Source: Antedon mediterranea (taxonomy: Eukaryota > Animalia > Echinodermata). Taken from it: a stretch of DNA of 64,000 nt. The notes beneath the pieces are model-generated. The model saw only the letters and a list, made by a program, of their open reading frames with translations, ran no database searches and had not been told where the DNA came from. Location: positions 25,990,070 through 26,054,069 of the forward strand of contig NC_092671.1 of assembly GCF_964355755.1 (NCBI RefSeq), given 5' to 3'. Positions 50,684-64,000 of the stretch are shown one piece after another; position 1 is the stretch's first letter, and the number at the start of each line of letters is the position of its first letter. Both the position numbers and the translations under genes were made by a program.

Positions 50684-51198
50684 ATTATGAAGTGTTAATG
50701 TCAGAAATGTAATTATTATCAAGACAGGCTACGAGATATACATTTATATTCAAATGTGATTTTTAGAATACACTTTATTTGGTCATAATGACAGTACCCG
50801 TTTATGATGTGATTTTTTTTATTGAAATCCTAGGCCTAACGAATTACTAATAATTAAATAATGATAATTTAATTGTTTTCAACACACTATTGTACCGTAT
50901 TTCATTGAACGCTGTGTTACGTAACAACAAACGCGATTATCAACTTTAATAACTATTTCAAATATGCAAATGAAGTCATGGTTTTTGTACTTTTTTACAA
51001 TGGTTAGTCAATATTTACGTTACTATTTTTTTTTTATAATAGTTTAATTTATATTACGGGACTTTGGATTTGTGGTGCTAAAAACTTCAAAACAGGTTCA
51101 CCATATTTTCTAACTTTTGTTAATAATACACACTATTTCAAACCTATTTATTTCGATAGGTAATTGCATACATATACCGTTGTCGCATGTTCTTCTTC

Positions 51199-51317
51199 AC
51201 TCTGGTTTCTCTGCATCACGCACAAATCTTTCGCCTTTTACTAAAGATTTCCGTGTAGAGGAACAACTATTGAGTTTTAACTCAATTTTTCTCAACCCTT
51301 GTACCTCTATAAGGGTA
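51199..51317 (+). ncRNA. U5: U5 snRNA variant B
   Basis: Copy of 44151, offset 7048. Confidence 0.9.
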
Positions 51318-52155
51318 ATTTATGAAATTAAGAATAGAATAAATAAATATTTTTATTAATTAGGCCTATACAAAATATTTACTGGCATACAGCTCAGGAA
51401 AAGGTCGGTGATTTGACTAGAGTTCCACGTGAGGAATACCTGTGGTGTAGGCTTAAGTACTCACTTTTTAACATTGTTTATATAATTTGGTGAGGGTGGG
51501 ATTACCAGTAAAGCTTGGTTCCCACTCGCAACGTAATTGATTTGACCAATCATAAGCGATGGATTATTCGAACAGTAGTTTGTCATCATTGGTCAACTCG
51601 CTTGCGTTGCACGTACGAAGGTAAATAAATTAATGTTATTGTTGGTATGATAGTGTGGCAACTCGTTGGTACGAGCAACGCATGTACGCACACGCAGAAA
51701 TTACGGACGCACATGAAATCTTAAGCACGCAACAACACGATCGGCGAAAACTTAAAATAATTGAGAATTTCAAGAAAGCTTTGCGATCGATACTAAATAT
51801 CAAGAAAGAGAATAATACATTGTTGCAATGGACTATTCAGTCGTAATTATTTTGTCATTTTGTTAAAACTCTGTCTTAAATTTTACGAAATGGCAGCAAA
51901 ATTGTCACCTTGAAAAATTAATTTGTATACGCAAATAATTAGCATTGTTTCAACAGTTTTCAACTTGAAATATTTTAACTACAATTAGGCCTATTCTTCT
52001 TACTATTAAAAAGTTTAACACTTTTTGTAATGCTATATTTAGTTTATCTTACAACGCTTTTAAAATCTCTTACAATATCAGTTGGTTAATAACCAACACC
52101 TATGTATTGCGATGTGGAATGACATACATATACTGTAAGTGACGTATTTGACTTT

Positions 52156-52275
52156 ACTCTGGTTTCTCTGCATCACGTGTAAATCTTTCGCCTTTTACTA
52201 AAGATTTCCGTGTAGAGGAACAACTATTGAGTTTTAACTCAATTTTTCTCAACCCTTTTTTTTTGAACGAGGGTA
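52156..52275 (+). ncRNA. U5: U5 snRNA variant A (T9 sub-variant)
   Basis: U5 core; offset 7060 from 45096. Confidence 0.87.
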
Positions 52276-53251
52276 ATTATGAAGTGTTAATGTCAGAAAT
52301 GTAATTATTTTCAAGACAGGCTACGAGATATACATCTATATTCAAATGTGATTTGTAGAATACACTTTATTTGGTCATAATGGCAGTATCCGTTATGATA
52401 TAATTTTTTTTATTGAAATCATAGGCCTAACACATTACAAATAATTAAGTAAAGATAATTTAATTGTTTTCAACACACTATTGTACCGTATTTCATTGAA
52501 CGCTGTGTTACGTAACAACAAACGCGATTATCAACTTCAATAACTATTTCAAATATGCAAATGAAGGCATGATTTTTGTACTTTTTTGCAATGGTTATTC
52601 AATATTTACGTTACTATTCCCACTCGCAACGTAATTGATTTGACCAATCATAAGCGATGGATTATTCGAACAGTAGCTTGTCATCATTGGTCAACTCGCT
52701 TGCGTTGCACGTACGAAGGTAAATAAATTAATGTTATTGTTGGTATGATAGTGTGGCAACTCGTTGGTACGAGCAACGCATGTACGCACCACGCAGAAAT
52801 TACGGACGCACATGAAATCTTAAGCACGCAACAACACCATCGGCGAAAACTTAAAATAATTGAGAATTTCAAGAAAGCTTTGCGATCGATACTAAATATC
52901 AAGAAAGAGAATAATACATTGTTGCAATGGACTATTCAGTCGTAATTATTTTGTCATTTTGTTAAAACTCTGTCTTAAATTTTACGAAATGGCAGCAAAA
53001 TTGTCACCTGGAAAAATTAATTTGAATACGCAAATAATTAGCGTTGTTTCAACAGTTTTCAACTTGAAATATTTTAACTACAATTATTCTTCTTACTATT
53101 AACAAGTTTAACACTTTTTGTTATGCTATATTTAGTTTATCTTACAACGCTTTTAAAATCTCTAACAATATCAGTTGGTTAATAACCAACACCTATGTAT
53201 TGCGATGTGGAATGACATACATATTATACTGTAAGTGACGTATTTGTCTTT

Positions 53252-53371
53252 ACTCTGGTTTCTCTGCATCACGCATAAATCTTTCGCCTTTTACTAAAGA
53301 TTTCCGTGTAGAGGAACAACTATTGAGTTTTAACTCAATTTTTCTCAACCCTTGTTTTTTGAACGAGGGTA
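53252..53371 (+). ncRNA. U5: U5 snRNA variant A
   Basis: U5 core; A hairpin. Confidence 0.9.
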
Positions 53372-54673
53372 ATTATAAAGTGTTAATGTCAGAAATGTAA
53401 TTATTATCAAGACAGGCTACGAGATATACATCTATATTCAAATGTGATTTGTAGAATACACTTTATTTGGTCATAATGGCAGTATCCGTTATGATATATT
53501 TTTTTTTATTGAAATCATAGGCCTAACACATTACAAATAATTAAGTAATGATAATTTAATTGTTTTCAACACACTATTGTACCGTATTTCATTGAACGCT
53601 GTGTTACGTAACAACAAACGCGATTATCAACTTCAATAACTATTTCAAATATGCAAATGAAGGCATGATTTTTGTACTTTTGTGCAATGGTTATTCAATA
53701 TTTACGTTACTATTTTTTGATATAATAGTTTAATTTATTTTACGGGACTTTGGATTTGTGGTGCTAAATACTCCAAAACAGGTTCACCATATTTTCTAAC
53801 TTTTGTTAATAATACACACTATTTCAAACCTATTTATTTCGATAGGTAATTGCATACATATACCGTTGTCGCATGTTTTTCTTCACTCTGGTTTCTCTGC
53901 ATATTTACTGGCATACAGCTCAGTAAAAGGTTGGTGATTTGACTAGAGTTCCACGTGAGGAGTACCTGTGGTGTAGGCTTAAGTACTCACTTTTTAACAT
54001 TGTTTATATAATTTGGTGAGGGTGGGATTATCAGTAAAGCTTGGTTCCCACTCGCAACGTAATTGATTTGACCAATCATAAGTGATGGATTATTCGAACA
54101 GTAGCTTGTCATCATTGGTCGCGTTGCACGTACGAAGGTAAATAAATTAATGTTATTGTTGGTATGGTAGTGTGGCGACTCGTTAGTACGAGCAACGCAT
54201 GTACGCACCACGCAGAAATTACGGACGCACATGAAATCTTAAGCACGCAACAACACGATCGGCGAAAACTTAAAATAATTGAGAATTTCAAGAAAGCTTT
54301 GCGATCGATACTAAATATCAAGAAAGAGAATAATACATTGTTGCAATGGACTATTCAGTCGTAATTATTTTGTCATTTTGTTAAAACTCTGTCTTAAATT
54401 TTACGAAATGGCAGCAAAATTGTCACCTTGAAAAATTAATTTGTATACGCAAATAATTAGCATTGTTTCAACAGTTTTCAACTTGAAATATTTTAACTAC
54501 AATTAGGCCTATTCTTCTTACTATTAAAAAGTTTAACACTTTTTGTAATGCTATATTTAGTTTATCTTACAACGCTTTTAAAATCTCTTACAATATCAGT
54601 TGGTTAATAACCAACACCTATGTATTGCGATGTGGAATGACATACATATACTGTAAGTGACGTATTTGACTTT

Positions 54674-54793
54674 ACTCTGGTTTCTCTGCATCACGTGTAA
54701 ATCTTTCGCCTTTTACTAAAGATTTCCGTGTAGAGGAACAACTATTGAGTTTTAACTCAATTTTTCTCAACCCTTTTTTTTTGAACGAGGGTA
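54674..54793 (+). ncRNA. U5: U5 snRNA variant A (T9 sub-variant)
   Basis: U5 core; offset 2518 from 52156. Confidence 0.87.
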
Positions 54794-55769
54794 ATTATGA
54801 AGTGTTAATGTCAGAAATGTAATTATTTTCAAGACAGGCTACGAGATATACATCTATATTCAAATGTGATTTGTAGAATACACTTTATTTGGTCATAATG
54901 GCAGTATCCGTTATGATATAATTTTTTTTATTGAAATCATAGGCCTAACACATTACAAATAATTAAGTAAAGATAATTTAATTGTTTTCAACACACTATT
55001 GTACCGTATTTCATTGAACGCTGTGTTACGTAACAACAAACGCGATTATCAACTTCAAAAACTATTTCAAATATGCAAATGAAGGCATGATTTTTGTACT
55101 TTTTTGCAATGGTTATTCAATATTTACGTTACTATTCCCACTCGCAACGTAATTGATTTGACCAATCATAAGCGATGGATTATTCGAACAGTAGCTTGTC
55201 ATCATTGGTCAACTCGCTTGCGTTGCACGTACGAAGGTAAATAAATTAATGTTATTGTTGGTATGATAGTGTGGCAACTCGTTGGTACGAGCAACGCATG
55301 TACGCACCACGCAGAAATTACGGACGCACATGAAATCTTAAGCACGCAACAACACCATCGGCGAAAACTTAAAATAATTGAGAATTTCAAGAAAGCTTTG
55401 CGATCGATACTAAATATCAAGAAAGAGAATAATACATTGTTGCAATGGACTATTCAGTCGTAATTATTTTGTCATTTTGTTAAAACTCTGTCTTAAATTT
55501 TACGAAATGGCAGCAAAATTGTCACCTGGAAAAATTAATTTGAATACGCAAATAATTAGCGTTGTTTCAACAGTTTTCAACTTGAAATATTTTAACTACA
55601 ATTATTCTTCTTACTATTAACAAGTTTAACACTTTTTGTAATGCTATATTTAGTTTATCTTACAACGCTTTTAAAATCTCTAACAATATCAGTTGGTTAA
55701 TAACCAACACCTATGTATTGCGATGTGGAATGACATACATATTATACTGTAAGTGACGTATTTGTCTTT

Positions 55770-55889
55770 ACTCTGGTTTCTCTGCATCACGCATAAATCT
55801 TTCGCCTTTTACTAAAGATTTCCGTGTAGAGGAACAACTATTGAGTTTTAACTCAATTTTTCTCAACCCTTGTTTTTTGAACGAGGGTA
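55770..55889 (+). ncRNA. U5: U5 snRNA variant A
   Basis: U5 core; A hairpin. Confidence 0.9.
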
Positions 55890-57191
55890 ATTATAAAGTG
55901 TTAATGTCAGAAATGTAATTATTATCAAGACAGGCTACGAGATATACATCTATATTCAAATGTGATTTGTAGAATACACTTTATTTGGTCATAATGGCAG
56001 TATCCGTTATGATATATTTTTTTTTATTGAAATCATAGGCCTAACACATTACAAATAATTAAGTAATGATAATTTAATTGTTTTCAACACACTATTGTAC
56101 CGTATTTCATTGAACGCTGTGTTACGTAACAACAAACGCGATTATCAACTTCAATAACTATTTCAAATATGCAAATGAAGGCATGATTTTTGTACTTTTG
56201 TGCAATGGTTATTCAATATTTACGTTACTATTTTTTGATATAATAGTTTAATTTATTTTACGGGACTTTGGATTTGTGGTGCTAAATACTCCAAAACAGG
56301 TTCACCATATTTTCTAACTTTTGTTAATAATACACACTATTTCAAACCTATTTATTTCGATAGGTAATTGCATACATATACCGTTGTCGCATGTTTTTCT
56401 TCACTCTGGTTTCTCTGCATATTTACTGGCATACAGCTCAGTAAAAGGTTGGTGATTTGACTAGAGTTCCACGTGAGGAGTACCTGTGGTGTAGGCTTAA
56501 GTACTCACTTTTTAACATTGTTTATATAATTTGGTGAGGGTGGGATTATCAGTAAAGCTTGGTTCCCACTCGCAACGTAATTGATTTGACCAATCATAAG
56601 TGATGGATTATTCGAACAGTAGCTTGTCATCATTGGTCGCGTTGCACGTACGAAGGTAAATAAATTAATGTTATTGTTGGTATGGTAGTGTGGCGACTCG
56701 TTAGTACGAGCAACGCATGTACGCACCACGCAGAAATTACGGACGCACATGAAATCTTAAGCACGCAACAACACGATCGGCGAAAACTTAAAATAATTGA
56801 GAATTTCAAGAAAGCTTTGCGATCGATACTAAATATCAAGAAAGAGAATAATACATTGTTGCAATGGACTATTCAGTCGTAATTATTTTGTCATTTTGTT
56901 AAAACTCTGTCTTAAATTTTACGAAATGGCAGCAAAATTGTCACCTTGAAAAATTAATTTGTATACGCAAATAATTAGCATTGTTTCAACAGTTTTCAAC
57001 TTGAAATATTTTAACTACAATTAGGCCTATTCTTCTTACTATTAAAAAGTTTAACACTTTTTGTAATGCTATATTTAGTTTATCTTACAACGCTTTTAAA
57101 ATCTCTTACAATATCAGTTGGTTAATAACCAACACCTATGTATTGCGATGTGGAATGACATACATATACTGTAAGTGACGTATTTGACTTT

Positions 57192-57311
57192 ACTCTGGTT
57201 TCTCTGCATCACGTGTAAATCTTTCGCCTTTTACTAAAGATTTCCGTGTAGAGGAACAACTATTGAGTTTTAACTCAATTTTTCTCAACCCTTGTTTTTT
57301 GAACGAGGGTA
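57192..57311 (+). ncRNA. U5: U5 snRNA variant A
   Basis: U5 core; A hairpin. Confidence 0.9.
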
Positions 57312-57394
57312 ATTATGAAGTGTTAATGTCAGAAATGTAATTATTATCAATAAAGGCTACGAGATATACATTATATTCAAATGTGATTTTTAGA

Positions 57395-57859
57395 ACATTT
57401 TTTAGGTCTGATTTTCTAAAACTACTGAACCATATCAGACAACCATAAACTAAGACACTTTCCATGACCGACTTATAAAATAGACCTAATATTGTGTTGT
57501 CAACATTGAACGAGTTTAATTTACTTAAAAAGTACAATCTAGAGTTACCCTTAGACATGGTCGTTTTACAATGTTCACCCCAATTAAGCTTATTGTCGAT
57601 TACCATTCTAAGATATTTATATTTGGGCACAATATCAATATCAACTTCATTGATTTTAACCTGAACATAATCCGGTTGATTAGAACGATTTCGGAAGTCA
57701 AAAATCATTTCTTTAGTTTTACTTTCGTTAATAACTAAACGATTATCTACACACCATGTAATAAATGAATTCACTGAGTTTCAATACAATGTCTCGTCAT
57801 TCTTATCAATTAAACCTAATAAGACGGTATCGTCGGCGTACTTCAACAAATAATTGTTC
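57395..57859 (-). mobile_element. Rex1/Babar-like LINE RT fragment (3' part)
   Basis: KYADDTVLLGLI, WCVDNRLVINESKTKEMIFDFR, YKYL..IDNKLNW, SRLYFLSKLNSFNV, FYKSVMESVL; contains a stop codon. Confidence 0.88.
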
Positions 57860-60800
57860 TATCTATAATTGGATATGATCAGAAAGGTTATGTCAAAGGG
57901 AGATTTGGAGGAGAGAATATTAGGTTAGTAGAAGATGTATTGTCATATACAGAAAATAACAATCAGCCAGGTGCAATAGTTTTTCTAGACTTTGCCAAGA
58001 CGTTTGATTCTATAGATAGAAATTTAATGTTTATATGTCTGAAAAAATATGGTTTTGGACAGTCATTTATTAACTGGATAAAAACTATATATATACAGAT
58101 ACGCAATGCCTTTTAACCCACAATGGTTGGATATCTGAAAGATTCAATATGAGATGTGGTGTAAGACAGGGTGGTCCTTTGTCTGCTTTACTTTTTGTAT
58201 TAATTGCTGAGATAATGGCAACTAATATAAGAAAAAACCCACTATGTAAAGGAATAGAATTATCTAAAGTAGAAAATGAAGATCATATTGTTAAAATAGC
58301 TCAACTAGCTGACGATACTGTAATATTTACAAAGGATGAAATTAGTTTAAACCATTTTCTGTGTGAAATTGAAATGTTCTGTTCAATATCAGGTTTAAGG
58401 TTAAATAAAAGTAAATCGAAAGGAATTTGGATTGGAGCAAATAAAAACAAACAACATCGCCATTTAATATCAAATGGACCAAAGAACCAGTGAAATTCTT
58501 TGGAATCTACGTAGGGTATGATAAACATACTTGTGTTAAAAGAAATTGGGATGATACAGTTTTAAAATTAGAGAATACACTAAAACTATGGGAACAACGA
58601 AACCTTACGTTTTTTGGCAAGGTAACAGTAATAAAATCTCTTGCCATTTCGAAATTAATATACAATGCTTGTATAATAGATGTACCATCTTATATCTTTC
58701 CAAAAGTTGATACATTGTTATCAGGGCCGTAGCCAGGATCTGTCAAGGGGGGGTTCGGACACTAAATATTTGGGTCAACCCCCCCCCCCCTCTCCCAGCC
58801 TGATGCGAAGCAAATTTTGTTAAATGACACCCCTAGATGACCGGAAAAGACACTCTCGTGCAGCATGCTATATAACCAATGAGCAAAAATAATAATAATA
58901 ATTTAAATGACGATAACTATTTGTTGCCGTATGTTAGATGCGCGTGCTCTGTGCGGAACCGCCGATTGTTTATCATCATGATCATTTACTTCGTATTTTG
59001 TTTTGCGTTCAAGTTCAATGCGAACGTATATATCTACAGCCCCGAAAAAAGCACACTGGGTGAAGGCAAATGCTATTTGCTAGCTCTATCTATAATATTT
59101 ATTTACAGCAATTTGTTGAGGAATATAAATATGTAAATAGGTGATATTGATACATTTTAGTACGTATCGGCGTGGTCTAGAAAAAAATAATCGGATGCCA
59201 TAATGTGAACTACAGTACTTGATACCATAGATATTATAGTGTAAAATATTAATATTCACTATAATCCTCTATGATACATTATACTTCATAGTCACACATA
59301 AATACTGATGTACGTCGGAAGGCTACTTTATGCATGCTGCCTGACTGCCAGTGATCTAAACAATTATAGGTACGCAGTTGTCTGGCGGTGTCCTTTGTAC
59401 GAATCGTTCGTGCGCCAGCTCGCTATGAGACGCGTCAATATCATGTTACATGCAGGGACCAAACATTTATTTTTCAGGTTAAAATCGGCAACTCATTTGC
59501 AGCTTTTAGAAATTTACAGACACGTATCACTAGTTGACGCTCATACAGAGAAAAAGGTTCACGAACAAGTTTACACATTTTTCAATTTACAAACAACTTT
59601 CTGTACTGTGGGGCACGTATTTGGAGGATTTTTGGAGATGAGGGTGAGGTATTGGGCATGTCGGGGATGGGGGTTCGCAGTTGGTTAAGGGGGGTTCGCT
59701 ATAAAGGGGGGGGGGGGGTCGCCTGAACCATAAAAACCCCCCCTGGCTACGGGCCTGGTTATATAGATTTTTTTGTGGCGAGGAAAAAGGGAAAAAATTA
59801 AAAGAAAAACTCTTATAAACACAGTAGATAAAGGTGGTATAAATATGGTGAATTTTAATATCTTAGTGGACTCTCTGAAGTTGAGTTGGGTTAAGAGACT
59901 GTTAAATCCTAACCCAGGTATTTGGAAATGTATTCCAAACTACTATATGCATCCAGTTGATTATACTGCGAATTGTAGTAAATTAAATACTGAAGCGCAT
60001 ACTGAATTAAAAAAATATGCCAGTATTTTATATGAATATGTTGAAAGCAGCTTTAAAGTTAAACAATATTGTATATTGTTTAGAGCCGCAACATTTACAA
60101 GAAATTAAGTCACAACACTTATGGGAAAACAAATTTATAACATCAATTGAGGGAAAATCTCTATATTTCAACACCTGGTTAAACTCTGGATACAAAAGAG
60201 TAAATTATATAGTCGTTAATAACAGGTTATTGACTGCAGCAGAAATTATTCCAACTCTGTCGAATATACAGAATGGATTAATTGAATACTTTGCAACAAT
60301 AAATGCAATACCTGATATATGGAAAGAACAAATAAGGTTGGAAAATGCACGCATAGATATACAATTAAGAGAACATAATATATTTCATAATAGGATAAGA
60401 TTGTTTTACTATTATAAGCAGTTTATAAATGATATATGTATTATTCCAAATCCTCAAATGAAATGGGAAATAGAATTTAGAGATGAAATTATTGACTGGA
60501 ATGAAATATGGAATAGAAAAGTATGTAGAATGAAACACATGGTAAAAGTAGCTCAATTTAATTTTAAGTTGTTACATCGAATCCTTATATGTAAAAAAAG
60601 ACTAAACAGATGGAAATTATCCACAACAGACAACTGTAATAAGTGTAAAAATCATATAGAAAATGAAAAACACTTATTAATTGCATGTAAAACCATTCAA
60701 CCAGTCTGGAAAAAGTTTAAAGATATGCTGGTTCAGTGTCTTCCAAATGAGGTTACAGAGTACAGCAAGACTTCCCAAAGTGGGTTAATGTAATTTTGGG

Positions 60801-61861
60801 AACAACAAACAAACTTGTAAACGAATTAATTTCAGTTTTTACTTTTTGTATATATAAATCCTCCATAATATATAAAGAACTAGAAACGACAGAAAAAAAA
60901 GAATCTGCAAATATTTGGGGGCTATTTAAAAATGAAATTATAAACCTCATAAATAATGAGTATTCGTATAACTTTTATACTGCTGATCAGAAATGGAAAA
61001 ATAGTACAGGATATTTGACCTATTGAATAATTAAAATATATATGTGCTGGAGATACTATCCCTACGTTTTACAATTGTATTTTATATTAGTGTGACATAT
61101 GCTGTATAAGTTTTAATATAAATGTGTAGCCCTTTTTTATTTCAAGTGATTTTAAATGTAACCCTTGATTATGTTTTTAGACAATTTTAATAACTTATAT
61201 GAAATCTGTAATTATTGGTATTTATTTTTTAATATATATATATATTTCTATATTTGCAATATTTATATTGTATACATGTCAATGTTATCTGCATGTATTT
61301 GTATTTGTCCAATATATATATTTTTTTCTATATTTGCAATATTTTATATCGTAAATACAAATTGTAAGTAGTAGTTGTACCAAGGTGACATCGGGTATGA
61401 AGCGTCTCACATACGCACATAGCCAAAATCGCATCTTGGACTTGCACAGTATATGGACTCTAACCTTACGGTTTTCATTAAATATATCATTCTAAATATC
61501 TAACTTCCAAACTTTTGCATCATTCCTCTTTTTTCATTTCATCCTTTTTATCTTGGTGAAAAGGGAGGATACTACATTTCCTCCCCTGAGTTTATAGCCT
61601 CTCTACTCGAACACAAATAAGATCACAAATAAAATAGTTTAAGAAAATTTTAATCATGTATTTTACCGCCATTTTTCATTTTTACATTTTAATTAACATC
61701 GTATCTAAAATTTTAAATGAAAACAAATATGGTTAATACTGAATTCAAGCATCTTATTATGTAAATATACCTGTATTTTAACTACTTTAAACACTTACTT
61801 TTAATTGTCACAAATGTACTTATATGTATATAATATATTCACCAATGAGAATTTAAATAAA
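57860..61861 (+). mobile_element. 5'-truncated Tx1/L1-clade LINE, degenerate ORF2
   Basis: FLDFAKTFDSI, GVRQGGPLSALLF, QLADDT, LTFFGKVTVIKSL, C-terminal CNKC...HLLIAC; A-rich 3' end; 12-bp TSD AAATAATTGTTC (57848-57859 and 61862-61873). Confidence 0.92.
58722..59757. mobile_element. hAT-type MITE with 5-bp TSD (hAT5-like)
   Basis: CAGGGCCGTAGCCAGG...CCTGGCTACGGGCCTG; TSD GTTAT; removing it restores the Tx1 reading DTLL|YRF. Confidence 0.82.
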
Positions 61862-62203
61862 AAATAATTGTTCGTATGAACAGATTTACAATCATTCGTA
61901 TACAAAACATATAATAGCGGCGAGAGAACACTACCTTGTGGGGATCCGACATTAGTTATCTGTTTATCCGAAAGAGTCCCCGATATTGACACACGTTGTA
62001 CTCTATTACTTAAAAAGCTACTAATCCATGTTATAAGATAAGTATTTACGTTCATATCACTAAGTTTCCTAATTAGAATGCTAGGTTGCAATGTATTAAA
62101 TGCAGAGGAAAAATCTACAAAAGTTGCTCTAACATAACAATTCAAATTATCAACATGACTCTGAATCAAATGGACAAGTGTAAGAACAGCATCATCTACA
62201 CAT
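61862..62203 (-). mobile_element. Rex1/Babar-like LINE RT fragment (5' part)
   Basis: VDDAV, YVRATFVDFSSAFNTLQP, GSPQGSVLSPLLYVLYTND; continues in frame at 57859. Confidence 0.9.
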
Positions 62204-62204
62204 T

Positions 62205-63588
62205 TACGTACGTCCTTGTGTTGCGTCTCTAGTGAGAACCACGCTTTAGTGAAAGTTCTATCCTATACGTTGTATGCCTACATACTTTATTTTGGAATCA
62301 TTGTAGAGGTCTAACATTAATATGCTGTAAATCAACGGCTCAATGTAAATTGTAAAACCTACCATCGGCATGACATCAACTTTGTTTGATCTCCGCCAGA
62401 AAATCTTAAGAATTCGCTTTAACTTTCTAATTTTTGTAAAAAGTACTTGTCGAGCAGCAAAAGCAATACAGAATGTAAATACATTAATGTTATTGTTAGT
62501 ATGGTAGTGTGGCAACTTGTTGGTACGAGCACCGCGTGTACGCACCACGCAGAAATTACATGAAATCTTAAGAACTCAACAACATGATCGGCGAAAACTT
62601 AAAATAATTGAGATTTTCAAGAAAGCTTTGCGATCGATACTAAATATCAAGAAAGAGAATAATACATTGTTGCAATGGACTATTCAGTCGTAATTATTTT
62701 GTCATTTTGTTAAAACTCTGTCTTAAATTTTACGAAATGGCAGCAAAATTGTCACCTGGAAAAATTAATTTGAATATGCAAATAATTAGCATTGTTTCAA
62801 CAGTTTTCAACAATATTTTAACTACAATTATTCTTCTTACTATTAATAAGTTTAACACTTTTTGTAATGCTATATTTAGTTTATCTTACAACGCTTTTAA
62901 AATCTTTTACAATTTCAGTTGGTTAATTGCGATGTGGAATGACATACATAACTGTAAGTGACGTATTTGTCTTTACTCTGGTTTCTCTGCATCACGCATA
63001 AATCTTTCGCCTTTTACTAAAGATTTCCGTGTAGAGGAACAGCTATTGAGTTTTAACTCAATTTTTCTCAACCCTTGTTTTTTGAACGAGGGTAATTTAA
63101 ATGAAGTGTTAATGTCAGAAATGTCATTATCATCAAGACAGGCTACGAGATATACATTTATATTCAAATGTGATTTGTAAATACACTTTATTTGGTCATA
63201 ATGACAGTACCCGTTATGATTTTTTATTGAAATCATAGGCCTAACAAATTACTAATAATTTAATTGTTTTCAACACAATATTGTACCGTATTTCATTGAA
63301 CGCTGTGTTACGTAACAACAAACGTGATTATCAATAACTATTTCAAATATGCAAATGAAGGCATGGTTTTTGTACTTTTTTTCAATGGTTAGTCAATATT
63401 TACGTTACTATTTTTGGTTTATAATAGTTTAAATGTTACAAGGGTAAGAAAAGAATAAATAAATATTTTTATTAAGTAGGCCTATACAAAACATTTACTC
63501 GCCTACAGCTCAGGAAAAGGCCGGTGCGAGAAGTGAATACCATGTTGTGAGGACGTGTTGTGTAGGCCTGTAACTTACTTTTTAACAT
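62205..63588 (+). repeat. U5 array, diverged terminal unit
   Basis: Same spacer sequence with many small deletions; one A-type U5 present, B-type U5 deleted. Confidence 0.88.
62975..63094 (+). ncRNA. U5: U5 snRNA variant A
   Basis: U5 core; A hairpin; diverged flanks. Confidence 0.9.
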
Positions 63589-63839
63589 TTAAAATACTTT
63601 AGTGTCTTGGCTACGGCCCTGTGTTGTTATTGTGTATAGTATGTAACCAGTAAAACAAATTTTAACTACGGGCTTTGAATGTAATTTTCTCTTTATATGA
63701 TACGTTTTTTCGGTACAACTTTGTGTTATCACTTTTAACATAATTATTACGCGTGCATCTTTGATAAACAATAAGTGTGCATGGCTTTTGGAGACAGAAT
63801 TCGCGAATGACATTCTCTGTATTAGGCCTAAAGACGGTT

Positions 63840-64000
63840 CATGAGGCACAATCCCGAACTTTCGCTCATAAGACATGTGATTTCGCAAACAGGTTTTTGT
63901 TCTCCGTAAAGTCGAAAAACTCCGCTCAGCTTCAGCAGACGTTGGACAGGAACACATATACGATTAGAAGAAGTGCGCGCACGCACATTCGGGAACACAT
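63840..64000 (-). pseudogene. hAT transposase C-terminal dimerisation-domain remnant
   Basis: PTSAEAERSFSTLRRTKTCLRNHMSYER matches the hAT dimerisation motif ERSFS.L.R.K..LR..M..ER. Confidence 0.72.

Larger units (their letters stand above)
31298..57394 (+). repeat. U5 snRNA tandem gene array, block 2, with higher-order repeats
   Basis: Near-identical units; U5 start offsets give periods of 1854-1856, ~1592, 3447, ~2970, 2518 and 7048-7060 bp. Confidence 0.95.

Noticed and set aside
57860-61861. U5-targeting Tx1 element
   Set aside because: Its TSD lies within another LINE, not within U5.
63589-63957. The TIR at ~63606-63621 as the end of the adjacent hAT transposase element, and the 122-aa ORF as a gene
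   Set aside because: The TIR faces away from the transposase remnant. Only ~30 aa of the ORF is hAT-like.

Overview
AT-rich eukaryotic DNA, probably from an invertebrate animal, with no recognisable host protein-coding gene. The backbone is a tandem array of U5 spliceosomal snRNA genes on the + strand. I count 32 near-full-length copies and 5 fragments in three blocks (about 290-11752, 31298-57394 and 62205-63588). The basic unit of about 1.85 kb carries two U5 variants, A and B, which have different 3' stem-loops and share a PSE-like upstream motif. The array shows A/B chimeras, deletion variants and higher-order periods of 1205, 2518, 3447 and about 7050 bp. Many insertions interrupt it: a TIR element with no TSD, an Academ derivative, a nearly intact BEL/Pao LTR retrotransposon, a Gypsy remnant, a 4-bp-TSD element inside one U5 copy, and a Penelope-type palindrome with a hammerhead-like motif. 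There are also two nests. One is TIR element > Helitron > IS3EU-like foldback > TTAA MITE, with a DINE-1/HINE-like Helentron array carrying tRNA-Val-like copies inside the outer TIR. The other is Rex1-like LINE > Tx1 LINE > hAT MITE. Coordinates were read by eye, and family calls come from recalled signatures, not from database searches.
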